Source: the human T2T-CHM13v2.0 reference genome, Homo sapiens. Taken from it: a stretch of 64,000 nt of DNA. Under the pieces are notes generated by a model. It was not told where the DNA came from and did not search any database. It saw only the letters and a program-made list of their open reading frames with translations. Shown one piece after another: positions 1 to 10,960 of this stretch. Position 1 is the stretch's first letter; each line of letters opens with the position of its first letter. The DNA lies in assembly GCF_009914755.1 (NCBI RefSeq), contig NC_060925.1; one strand, given 5' to 3'. Both the position numbers and the translations under genes were made by a program.

Positions 1-238
1 TCCATCGCCCCCACGGCTTACTGTCCCCACCAGCGGAGGATGAAAGTGCCACAGCGATGTTCCACGCCAAGAGACCACAGAGACCACCAACCCCTCTTCC
101 CACCTCAGGCTTTCAGAGGCCAGCGGATTTAGGCGGACAGGCTGTGCGCTTGAGGGCAGCCAGGGCGGTCAGTGGAGGGACGTGGTCCGGGGCCTGGCCA
201 CAGCTCCCCACCCAGGGCCCTGGGCTATTGTTACTCAC

Positions 239-296
239 CGCGGTTGAAGGTCGGCGAGTAGGTCGGGAAGGAGTCGAAGATGCTGTTCGATGCCAT
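239..296 (-). CDS. RUNX3: RUNX3 distal (P1) isoform first coding exon, MASNSIFDSFPTYSPTFNR plus 1 nt
   Basis: Reverse complement reads ATGGCATCGAACAGCATCTTCGACTCCTTCCCGACCTACTCGCCGACCTTCAACCGCG followed by a GTGAGT donor (238-233). This is the MAS-type N-terminus of P1 RUNX isoforms. The rest of the gene lies left of the window. Confidence 0.97.
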
Positions 297-880
297 GCCC
301 CGCTCTGAAGAAGGCGAGAATTTTCAGCCCTTCAGGGGGTTGGGTTGGGATTCACTTGGTTGGCTGTTGTTTTATTTTTTTTTCCTCTAGCTACTTTTGA
401 AAATAAAAGGGGGGGGTGTTGCTTTTTGTTGTTTTTTGTTTTGTTTTTGTCTCTTTTTTCCCCCCTGCTGCTACGAAAAAGAAAAAAGGAAAGAACGCGA
501 GAGTGTGTGTGAGTGAGAGAGAGAAAAAAATCCCCAAGGAAAGTAAGTTTCTGTTTGTACCCAAGAATTTGGATTCCCGGTCCCACAGGAATGTCTAGCC
601 ACAAATTCTCAACAGAAGCGTATGCAGAGTGTATCATTAGATGGCGGGAAGGGGCTTTCGGCAGCCAGGGTGGAGGAGCTCCGAAGCTGACAGAGCAGAG
701 TGGGCCGCCTCCAGTGCCACGGGGAATGAATGAATGAGGCTTACCCTTGACAGAGCCCAGGCTCTGGTGGGTACGAGGGCGGCCGGGGGTGGGGAGCACC
801 AGGAGCCAACCAGCTCCCGCGCAGGGCCCTGGAGGCGGCAAGGGCCTGGCCTTGTGGTTCTGTGGTTGAGGGACCAGGCC
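297..880 (-). other. RUNX3: RUNX3 P1 5'UTR/leader with a probable optional intron at 471-744
   Basis: Minus-strand donor AAGG|GTAAGC at 745/744 and a polypyrimidine tract plus TAG|CAGCAG acceptor at 471/470. TSS position is approximate. Confidence 0.7.
853..867 (-). promoter_or_regulatory. Tandem RUNX sites (AACCACAGAACCACA) at the P1 start
   Basis: TGTGGTTCTGTGGTT on the plus strand. The same doublet marks the beginning of RUNX-family P1 leaders and mediates auto/cross-regulation. Confidence 0.9.
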
Positions 881-1310
881 TTCCCAGTGTCAACCCAACC
901 TCAGCTCACAGGATGCGAGAAGCCTGCTCGCGGCCTTGGCTCATTGGCTGGGCCGCGGTCACCTGGGCCGTGATGTCACGGCCTTTTAGAAGATCTTGTG
1001 GCTGCCTCTCTTTTTGGAAAAGAAAAAAAAAAAAAAGAAAGAGAGAGAGAGAGAGAAATAGAAAAGTGATGGCTTTTATTTGTGAGGCTGGCCTCAGCAC
1101 GCGGCCCAAGAAACAGAACTGAAAGCGGTTGCAGTGGGCGTGGCCAGGAGGGTGGTTTGGCTCCTGGGTGGGAGACTCCTTCTTAATTAAGGCCAGCATT
1201 GGCCTGGGCGGGCTAGGAGCCCCGCGGGCCCCTCACCGAGTGCCCAGAGCCCGGATCCACCAGCGGCCGGAGAGCTCCCTGCCATGCCACCTCGCCCCTG
1301 GGCTGCGGCT
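870..1310 (-). promoter_or_regulatory. RUNX3: RUNX3 P1 promoter
   Basis: CCAAT box (ATTGG 943-947), CRE/ATF-like TGATGTCA (971-978), A/GA purine tract at about 1017-1065 and locally raised CpG, all directly upstream of the leader. Confidence 0.8.
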
Positions 1311-1949
1311 GACTCCCTGCCATTGTCCACCACCATTGTTGCCAGGGAGAGGTGTCCACATGTGTGGCTGGGTGGCACCTCTGGGGCTTTTATGGGAGTT
1401 GGGACTAAGTACAACGGGAAACACATGAAGTGGCATTGCCAGCACTCACGCCTGGCCTCGGCCTGCCCACCGAGAAGGGCCTTCCTGTGGAAACCTGGTG
1501 GCCTGCCCGCACTGGGGGGCCCTCTGCAGGGCTGGGGGCTGAGTCCCCAGCATGTCATTCAGGGCCCTTTACTCCTCTTGTTGCCACCTGCGCATCCCCT
1601 TGGGGGTCTCTGCCCCAGCATGATGCTCGGGAGCTTCCCTGCCTCCGGGCCTTCGCTCATGCTGTTCCCCTCACCAGAAGCGCCCTTTGTGTCTTCATGT
1701 CCTTGAGGAGTCAAGGCCCAGAGAGGCTCAAAAGTAGAAAAGTCATGAAGACGATTGAACCCTATACTTGCATGTTCCCCAAAGTCATGTCAGGATGGGA
1801 GAGAGGGTGGAGAGTGGGGGAAAGGTGGCGGCTTTTACCATTTCCCTTGCAAGCTCTACTCTCCCATTTCACAGGCCAGGCTGCGAGGCCCAGGGTGGTG
1901 ATGCCAGCTTGTCTAAGGTCATGTGGTATTCTGGAATGGGATTGGAACT

Positions 1950-3100
1950 TCAGCCTCTGACTCACCAGCCCCGACCTTGGGCATGACACCAGAGTGCCCT
2001 TCCATGCCCTTTAAATGAAGACTTCAGAAAGTCCCTCTGCAGCCTGGCCACCAACCCCTGGCCTCTCCCAGGGACCCCAGGCTTGGGGCTAGAACCTAGC
2101 ACCAGCCTCTGACTCACAGTAGCCTCTGTAGGCCAACAAGGATGGGGTGGGGACATCCCTGGAAGAGGATGGGCTGGTCCAAGGTCCCAAAGAGACTTGT
2201 TTCTGCCCAAGGCACATGTGCAGAAGATGGCCTTGGAAACGCTCACTCAGCCTCATCTCAAGCCTCATGAAGATTCAGTCTTCTGTCCCTGAATGGTGGG
2301 TCAATTGGTGCTGAGGGCGGGGGTGGTGGGGACAAGAGTTCTAATTTGGCCAGAGAGGAAGCAGGTTTATGGTGACAGCCACAGAGCTCTAGAGTCAGAT
2401 TTGGCTTCCAGCCCCAGCTCTGCTGAATCTGAGCGGCCAGACCCTGGGGCAAGTCACTTCCTTTCTCTGGACCTCAGTTTTCTTCCCTGTAAAATGGGGA
2501 TAACACCTTCTTCAAAGGGACAGGCACGGGGTGAGGGCATCATAAACATTGGTTTCCTTGGCTGAGCCTCCATGACGCAATTTGGGCTCTGTTATGAGTC
2601 AGCTCAAGTAAGGAGCTATGACAGTCATGCAGGGGGAGAGGCTGCCCCGCCCCCACCCTGTGTTGTAAACTCATCAGCTGGCCAGCCTGCATGGGACCCT
2701 CAGGGGTCAATGGCACAGGGGGGACCTGCCAAGGGGCCTTGACCTCCTGGTTGAATTTGATGCCTTTTGGAGTCAGCCATCTGTGAAATAGATTGGAGAA
2801 TGACACAGCTGGGAAGACCCCCCCTTATACAGAAGCCGAAACTGCGGCCCCCAGAGGAGCAGAGACTCATCCAAGTTCACCCAATGAGTCAGTGGAACCC
2901 AAGCCCCTGCTTCCCAGCCCAGGAGCTGTTTCCATTCCACCAACACCGCCTCCAGTTTTGAACATACCACCCTACGTGCTTTGCTGTTTTTTCCACACCT
3001 AAGAGTGGGCCCCCCCAAGCCCCTATAACTTGATCACCCTGAGGGGCTTCCCCCTCCCTGGAAACCTGAGTCCAGGCCCAGGAAGGGGAGGGAATTCAAG
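1950..3100. promoter_or_regulatory. Candidate proximal enhancer (AP-1, NF-kB, GGAAA motifs)
   Basis: AP-1 TGASTCA at 1958, 2110, 2595 and 2885; TGACGCAA at about 2573; NF-kB-like GGGGCTTCCC at 3043-3052; GGAAA at 3060-3064. Confidence 0.6.
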
Positions 3101-3309
3101 AGGCTGTGCACGGCCCAGTGATCCATCTGTGCACTGAGTAGTTCAATGCATTCTCGGGGCAATGTGGTGAATTAGAGCCAAGCTTGGTCCTTGCCGCTAA
3201 GGGGCTTATCATCTCTACATGCCCCCTCATAAGCATGTGCTAAGCTTTAAACAGCCCTGGGGAAGCTGCCAAGGGAAGCAGAAAGGACAAGGAGGCTGAA
3301 ACCAGCCAT

Positions 3310-3492
3310 ACCTGAAGCCTGCTTTGTTTCTTATGAACTGTGAGATTCTGGGCAAGAGGCTTTACTCTTCTGAGCCTCGGTTTCCTCGCCTGTGAAATGG
3401 AGCCAACTGTAGTGCCCACCTCCCAAAATCATAAAGAGAATTCAATGAGAAAATAATTGTGAGTGTGCTTGGCACATAGTAGGTGCTCAATT
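3310..3492 (+). mobile_element. MIR SINE
   Basis: Core CTCTTCTGAGCCTCGGTTTCCTCGCCTGTGAAATGG and terminal GGCACATAGTAGGTGCTCAAT. Confidence 0.7.
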
Positions 3493-3764
3493 TCCAAGGA
3501 CTCCCTTCCCTTGAAATTCTGATTGTGCATTCCCCTGTCGTGCAGTGGGCAGTCAGGCTTCCTCTTGTTCTCCACTGCAAAAAACTTAAATCAGGTTAAT
3601 AAAAAAATATGGTTGAAGTAGGGAATCATAAGAAATATTATATAAAAATAAAAGGGAATCATAAAAATAGTATCTTAAACCCTTCTTTTAGCTTTAAACT
3701 TATAAATATGCATTAAATGGCCTTCCTCTTGTTCTTCTAGCTTAACAATTTCCAGTTTGGGTTT

Positions 3765-4082
3765 CTTTTTTCTTTTCTTTCTTTTTTTTTTTTTTTTAGA
3801 AACAGGGTCTTGCTCTGTTGCCCAGTCTAGAGTGCAGCGGTGCAATCACAGCTCACTGTAACCTTGAGCTCCTGGGCTCAAGCAATCCTCTCGCTTCAGC
3901 CTCCCAAGTAGCTAGGATTACAGGTGTGCACTACCACGCCCAGCTAATTTAAATTTTTTTTTCTGTAGAGTCAGGGTCTCACTATATTGCCCAGGCTGGT
4001 CTCGAAATCCTGGCTTCAGATGATCCTCTTGCCTCGGCCTCTCAAAGTGCTGGGATTACAAGTATGAGCCCCCATGCCTGGC
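3765..4082 (-). mobile_element. AluJ
   Basis: Poly-T tail and full antisense Alu body with J-type features (CACAGCTCACTG, CTCCTGGGCTCAAG). Confidence 0.92.
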
Positions 4083-6689
4083 GTAGTTTTGATTTCTTTA
4101 ACGTGGAACATGAACGTAAAGATGCTAAGGAAGGAATGAGCATGTGGCATCATCTAGATTTTACTATTTCTTTCCATCCTTTACAATGTCCCACCCATAC
4201 CAAATTCAATTTATTTTTTAGCAATTTGCCTTCATTGAATCTTCCCAATTTTCATAGAAGCAGAGGCTCCTGTTCGGCATCACACGATTGACCTCATGGC
4301 ATTATCATCAGTCGGAGTCCAACCAGGAAAACAGGAGCCATATTGAGTCCTGGAAGTTAATTCAGGGAGTGTTAGCAACACAGGTGAGGGACAACCTGAG
4401 GAGCCAAACAGAGACAGTGAGGAGTCCCAGTGTGAGCATCAGTTCAGCCACTGACACCCTTTGGGTAAGAGGGACACGGAGAGAGGTGGGGTTACCAGGG
4501 CCCCCAGCAGAAGCAGGAACTTAGTGGGCCAGTCCGGCATTTGCTAGAGTCACAGAGGAGACTTAGCCACATGGAGACATCACCTGAGACAAAGAATAGA
4601 GGGGAGAAACACCCTGGCTTCTCCCTTGCTTTTGTTTTTCATCTTCTCTTGGTGCCTCCCATTGGTTGAATGTAGCGGGGACCAGCTGGCCAAGGAGCTC
4701 GGGGAATGCAGCCCGTGCCATCAAACCCTTGTGTGACAGAGCCAAACAGGGGAATGAGCAGAGCTGATCTGTGGGCAAACTGGCCCAGGACTGGCATAAT
4801 CTCCAATGACATTCTATAGCCATGCAAACCCAGCTGGCACCAACTGGTTGGGACACATTCCAACTCACGTCTGGTAAGCTGACGGTTCAGTGGCTGGTGG
4901 GAGGAGATGTGGCATTCCAGAGAAGGGCCTGCCAGCTGAGGGCATCCATTGGTATTTTATACGAGAAGTACAGGTGAATCCTGGGAGATACCCGGGGGTC
5001 AATTAAGAAGGTGTCTCCTGTGAATGGTGATGAAATTCATTTCCCTAACCTGTGTGCAGGGCTGAGGTTATGTCACCACGATGAGCACTGGATGCAGACC
5101 CTGCCTCTGAACGTTATGATTTCGATGACAGCACACCTCAAACCACCAGATCCTCCCAACAACCTACAGGACAGGGTGGCCCTCCTCACTTTTCAGAGGA
5201 GGAAAAAACTAATACAGGGATTAACCCCAAGATTTAGCCTCCAGGAGTCGCACTGCCAGCTTGGACCGGGCAGGTAGCAGATTCGAGGTGGACACTGGCC
5301 TTGGAGTTCAAATTCTGGCCTTTCATCAGCAGATCCTGGTGTGAGCCCAGGGAAGCTGCTGGAGCGATATCTGCCGTGGGCTGGGGGTGGGTGTGGGGGT
5401 GGGGCACTTCCCTTTCGAGGGCTAGCACAGAGACACTAAGATGCCGCCACTCAGCCAGATCAGCCCCTCTCCGGGGGTGGAGAATGGGGCCTGCAGAGCT
5501 GTGCAACCCACCCAGGACCAGAACACCCAGGCCAAGCCAAGGGATCATCAGCTGAGGACCTACCACCTGGGGCGCACATGCTGAGAGCTTTAGGCATGAT
5601 CCCTCCAGGGGTGGGCTCTGAGGACGGCACCACGCGCCTAAGCAGTCTGATAGTCTCTGGGGGAGAGCCAGAGAGGTGGAGAGACCTGCCCAAGGTCCCC
5701 CAGCTTGCCGGTGGAGGAAGCAGGATTCAAACCCAGCCCGCCCTCCGCTTCTCTCTTTCCTGTTGTTTTGAAAAACTGCTCTCGGTGCCCACTTCAGAAC
5801 GAGAACCACCAGTCCTCACCTCCTGCCTCGGGCCCTGCTCTTGGCCGAGCCTGGAGCTGCCACCCCATACAGCTGCTTCAGTGTCTCTTGTACCACAGGG
5901 GTGGTGGCACCGAGGACAAACTAAGGACTGTCTCCACCCGCAGCGTCTGCCTCGCCAGGGACCCCAAGAGCTCCACCTGCTGCCTCTCCTCCTGTCTGAA
6001 GTTCCCTTAGTGCATGTTCGGGTTTGAATACGTTTCAGTGAGAAGTCCCGCGTTTAAGAGGCAGATGGAATCGGGAGGAGGAGCAGCGTCGGCCTGGGGA
6101 GATTAGCTGACTGAGGGGGGAGAGCGCAGGCTGGGATGCATCCTGTTTCCCCAGGAATGGGCTCGCTGCCCCCTTCTGCCCAGTGTCATCTTTGCTTAAA
6201 TAATGATCAGCAATGCTCCTCTCACCCCACAGCCACCTACGCACAAATGCCTCCTATGGGAGTTTCCAGAGCAAGCTGTTCGGGAGGCAGACAGGGTGGA
6301 GACGGCTCTCCCCAGCGTCCAGCCCAGGAACTGAGGCTCACCGGGGAAGGCCTCACATACGGTCACACGGTGAGTCAGAAGGATTCACCGGCAGGTCTGC
6401 TGCAGCCACATCCCATCGTGTCCCCAGGATACCCCTCCACTCCCCGTGTCTCCCTAAAGTCCCTTCCAAGGGGGTGAAGGTGCTGAGGCCATAGAGTTGG
6501 ATGGATGAGCCAGATTCAGATCCCAGCTCTGGCACCACCTAAGGGCGTGCTAGTGTCCGGGGCTATCAGAACCTCACTGTTCTCACCTGCAAAGTGGGAA
6601 AAATAAGCACCTGTCATCTCCTCAGGGGTGAAGGTGAAGAGGGACCTCCTGGGAAGAGCATGTGGTGGGCACTCGGCCAGGGTGAAGTC

Positions 6690-6945
6690 GTGTCTGTGTG
6701 TGTGAGTGTGTGTAGGGGTGTGTGTGAGCTTGTGTGTGTGCATGTGTGTGGGTGTGTATGTGTGAGTTCGTGTCTGCACGCACGTAGGTGTGAGCATGCA
6801 TGAATGTGAGTGTGTGTGAGTGTGCATGTGTATGAGTGTGAACTCATGTATGTGTGCATGTGTGTGGGTGTGTATGTGTGAGTGTGAGCTCGTGTCTGTG
6901 TGCGCGTGTGTGTGAGACTGCATGTGTATGCATGCGTGTAGGGGA
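6690..6945. repeat. Degenerate (TG)n/(TGCA) simple repeat
   Basis: GTGTGTGAGTGTGTGCATGTG-type sequence, the source of the His/Thr-rich pseudo-ORFs. Confidence 0.9.
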
Positions 6946-7957
6946 GTACAGGGCAGAGGTGCATGGTGGAAGGGGGCGCGTGTCTGACTCACCACTTTGC
7001 CAGGGCCTTAGCGCCCCCCAGCAGATTCCTGCCCTCCCACTCACTTCCTCCAAGGCCTGCTGTGAGGGGCACTGAGCTCCCGCGGTTTCTGGAGGCCGAC
7101 CCAGCCAAGGGCTGCCTGAACCTGGGTACCAGACTGCAGGATGGGGTGCTGGAGAAGTCACTCGGCGTGACCTCCCTGAGATGCTGTTCAGCTCAGGGGC
7201 CTCTCTTGTGTTCCTTTGAGACCTGGAGTCTTGCCCATAAGATGCTTCCCTCCCTCAGAGTTCCAGGCCCCTCAGAGGAAGAAGAAAAATCCCAAACGAC
7301 AGCCCTTTTGGCTCATAAAATGATCTTTCTCTGGGTCTTTGGGTGGAATAATCTATTTTTAGCATCAAAGGGTTCTGCCACGGGCTTAGACCTAGTAAGG
7401 GAAGGGCTTTGTGTGACCACAGCGTGGCTCAGAGGCGGGCACTCCTCAGCTAGGATGGGGCAGGAGGGCGCAAGGAAGGGAGCCCCACCCTCAGGGCAGG
7501 CAGAGCAGGGAGAGAGCCACCGAGAGCCCCACTCTCTGGATGCCTGGCCCAGGGCTCCTTCCCATTCCATTCAGTGAGCATCTGTTTGGGGCCAGGCCTT
7601 GTGCCCTCACCATTTCCTCTTAGTGCATTCTCACTACAAACCTAGTAATACTAACAATAATCACAAGCTAGCACTTCTTTAGCACCTACCACAAGCTGGG
7701 GACTCGTCTAAGAACCTTGCATAAATCAACTTAATTCATTTAACACATAAGAAGACTGAGGTTCAGAGAGGTCAAATCACTTGCCCAAGTCCAGCTCAGA
7801 AGGGACAGAGCTGAGATTTGAACCCAGACAGTCTCTATTATTATTATTATTAGTCCCATTGACAGCAGAGGAAGCAGAGGCTTGGAGAAGCTGAAGGATT
7901 TGCTCAAAATAACCTAAAACAAACGTCGAATCAGGATCCGTGACAGGGCTGTCTGAG

Positions 7958-8044
7958 CCAGAGCCCTCTGAGCTCTCTCCAATCTCCCAGAGCCCTCTGA
8001 GCTCACTCGGATCTCCCAGAGCCCTCTGAGCTCTCTCCAGTCTC
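7958..8044. repeat. 3 x 29-bp tandem repeat
   Basis: Unit CCAGAGCCCTCTGAGCTCTCTCCAATCTC, with a few substitutions between copies. Confidence 0.9.
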
Positions 8045-8953
8045 CAGGCTTCCATGGTGTGGTGCCTATGACCTCCATTGATTCTCCTAACAAATGATGC
8101 ATATGTATGTGTGGAGGGGAAGTCCTCCTATCTTGCTCTTCCTCATATTACTGAGAAGGAAACAGGCTGAGAGAGGAAAAGGGACTTGCCTGGGCTTGCA
8201 TAGGTAGGAAGTGGTAGATTCGGTGTCTGAATTCTGCTGGAATTCCCAAAGCCTTTGCTAGAAGCTGACATATCAACCCCCAGCTCCCACGCCGCTCCCA
8301 GTCCCTGCTGCTTTCCTTGAGGGACTGGGTCCCAGGGAATGTCAGGATTGGGTTGTAATTTTAAAAAATAATTTGATCTTCAGGGTTTTTCCCCCCTTCT
8401 CCCTCACTCTTTTTCTTTCTCTTTCAACAATAATGACCTTGTTTTCAGGGGTGTGCCGGCCAGCAAATTCGCTGACCCAGGCAAAAGGAGGGGGGATGTC
8501 ATTATGTGGTTGGGAAATGGTGGGGCATTTTGTATGCCACCGACTTAGCATCCCAGGAATTTCAGCAGCCCTCAAGGAAATGACAGAATGAGTTCCCATC
8601 CAGGATTGTGGCTTCCCATCTCTCTCTGAGTGCATTTTCCTGACATTAAACTAGGAAGCTTTGAGCATCTGCACATAACAGCGTGTGGGAAGAGGGTCTG
8701 CCTGGCGTGAGGAGAGAGCCCTGGCCAGTGAGGTTACAGGCCGAGGCTGACAGTTGGAGGACTCAGGCTCAGAGAGGGGCAGGAACTTGTCCTGGGCCAC
8801 ACAGCCAAGGCCAAGATCTGCATCACTCGACTCTTGGTCCAGTGCTCTTTCTACAATGTCAGGTTCTGGGAGTAACCTGCTGTGTGCACACAGAAAAGTT
8901 CTTTTCTCTCTCTGCATCATTTTCCTCATCTGGGAAAGGAGGATTGAGATCGG

Positions 8954-9290
8954 TGTCTTAGTTTGGGTTCCCCCAGGCAGACCCTGAGTCTAAACAGTTT
9001 ATCTGGGGGGTGATCCCAGGAAGCAGGGGTGAGGGAGAAGGGCAAGTGATGAGTGACACAGGGAAGGGAAGGCAGCCCATACAGGGTGCAGGGTGGGGTG
9101 GCTTACCGTCCTGGATATCTGGAGCTCAACCCCACCAGGGACGTTCAGAGGGACTGTGTGGAGTGCAGTACAGAGCTGCTCCCCTGGGGCGTGGGAGCTG
9201 GGGTATGTATCCACTGGCTCCCAGGTCTCATTGGTCGAGGGTTGCTCTGGCAATAATGACTCTCAGCAATTCTTGCATCACCACTGAGTA
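8954..9290 (-). mobile_element. Ancient ERVL LTR (LTR33-like)
   Basis: TGTCTTAGTTTGGGTTCCCCCAGGCAGACCCTGAG...GTGATCCCAGGAAGCA terminus, recognised by eye. Confidence 0.55.
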
Positions 9291-9456
9291 AAGCTCACTC
9301 AAAGCCAGAAAACATCTTCAGGCCAACCTGTCCTTATGGGGAGGTGTCAGTTTAGGGCATATGATTTATCTTTTATTTTTTGAAATAAAAATAAATAAAT
9401 AAAAATTTAAAATAAATTATTATTTTTTTTAATTTTTAAAATTAAAAAAAGGAAAA

Positions 9457-9729
9457 CTCTGGTTGCCCAGGCTGGAGTGCAGTGGTGCAATCTCACCTCA
9501 CTGCAGCTTTGACCCCCTGGGCTCAGGTGATTCTCCCACCTTATCTTCCAGAATAGCTAGGACTACAGGCATGAGCCACCACACTTGGCTATTTTTTTTT
9601 TTTTTTTTTCGTATTTTTAGTAGAGACAGGGTTTCAACATGTTGTCCATGAACTCCTGGACTCAACTAATCTACCCGCCTCAGCCTCCCAAAGTGCTGGG
9701 ATTACAGGTATGAGCCACTGTGCCCGGCC
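9457..9729 (-). mobile_element. AluJ (internally deleted)
   Basis: Antisense Alu body ending in GCCCGGCC. Confidence 0.88.
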
Positions 9730-10599
9730 AGGGCATATGATTTCTAGGGTGTCTCCCAGCTCTGACAGGTGAGGACTCATCATTTCACGTGCATCTTCAT
9801 TAACTCCTAACTCAACCCTTCTAAGCTGTCCTGCCATCAAGAAAGTGATGTGTTGGTACAGTAGATAGGGGACAAAATCACTCCCTCACCCCCGTGCCAG
9901 GGCCTGAAATTCCCCTACCCAAGCTTCAGCATGTGAGGCCTTGGTTTTTAAATAGTGTCCCCTGGAACCCTGGGAGACAATGCCTCAGGGTGCCCCAAGG
10001 ACTAGGCTGGATGGGGGAAAGGCATCTCTGTCCACTTCACCACTTTGACCAGAGAAACCTGCTTTGTCTATCTTTTCATTTTTATTTTAGCTTTCATTTT
10101 CTACCTCAAAGTTATACATGCTCATGGTTTAAAGAGTCAAATATTTCTAGAAGGCTGTCCTTCCTAGCCCCAGAGAAAAATCACTTTCAGTTCTTTGAAC
10201 TGTTTCTTCTAGTATTTCCTTGATTTCTCTAAATAGCATGTTTCCCAAGCTCATTGTGATTTTTCCATTTTTGGCATTATCTAATGACTTTCCACCATGG
10301 AGGAGGACTGAGCTGCTTTTCACCTGGCTCCCTCCTTACCAAGCGCCTTTCCATCCTCACTGAATAGTTACAATTTTGTTTAGATTAACTGTTAGTATTT
10401 CCATTTTTATAGCTGGGTAAATGCTTCCCACAGATGAGCCATGTAGTATGCTCTGATTTCATTTCCTTCCTTGCACAGCTTTGTTTTCCCTAGAGTTGTT
10501 ATTTGTTTAGCTTTTCATTTGCATAATTTTCTGTGTACTTGTCACTAATACATCCCTACACTCTCTGCTAGCTGTCCAAATCTCCTATTAAGAAAGTCA

Positions 10600-10878
<279 letters not shown>

Positions 10879-10960
10879 GGAAGGAAGGAAGGAAGGAAGG
10901 AAGGAAGGAAGGAAGGAAGGAAGGAAGGAAGAGGGAAAGGGAAAGGGAAAGGGAAAGGGA
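10879..10960. repeat. (GGAA)n followed by (GGGAAA)n microsatellite in place of the Alu tail
   Basis: About 13 consecutive GGAA units, then several GGGAAA units. Confidence 0.95.

Noticed and set aside
332-841. 169-aa minus-strand ORF as a gene
   Set aside because: It starts at a non-ATG codon inside the RUNX3 leader. Only the ATG-initiated part (637-332) is kept, as a uORF.
4100-6600. Possible divergent lncRNA upstream of P1
   Set aside because: I recall annotations in this area but cannot define exons from the sequence.
6516-7161. His/Thr-rich ORFs
   Set aside because: Derived from the TG repeat.
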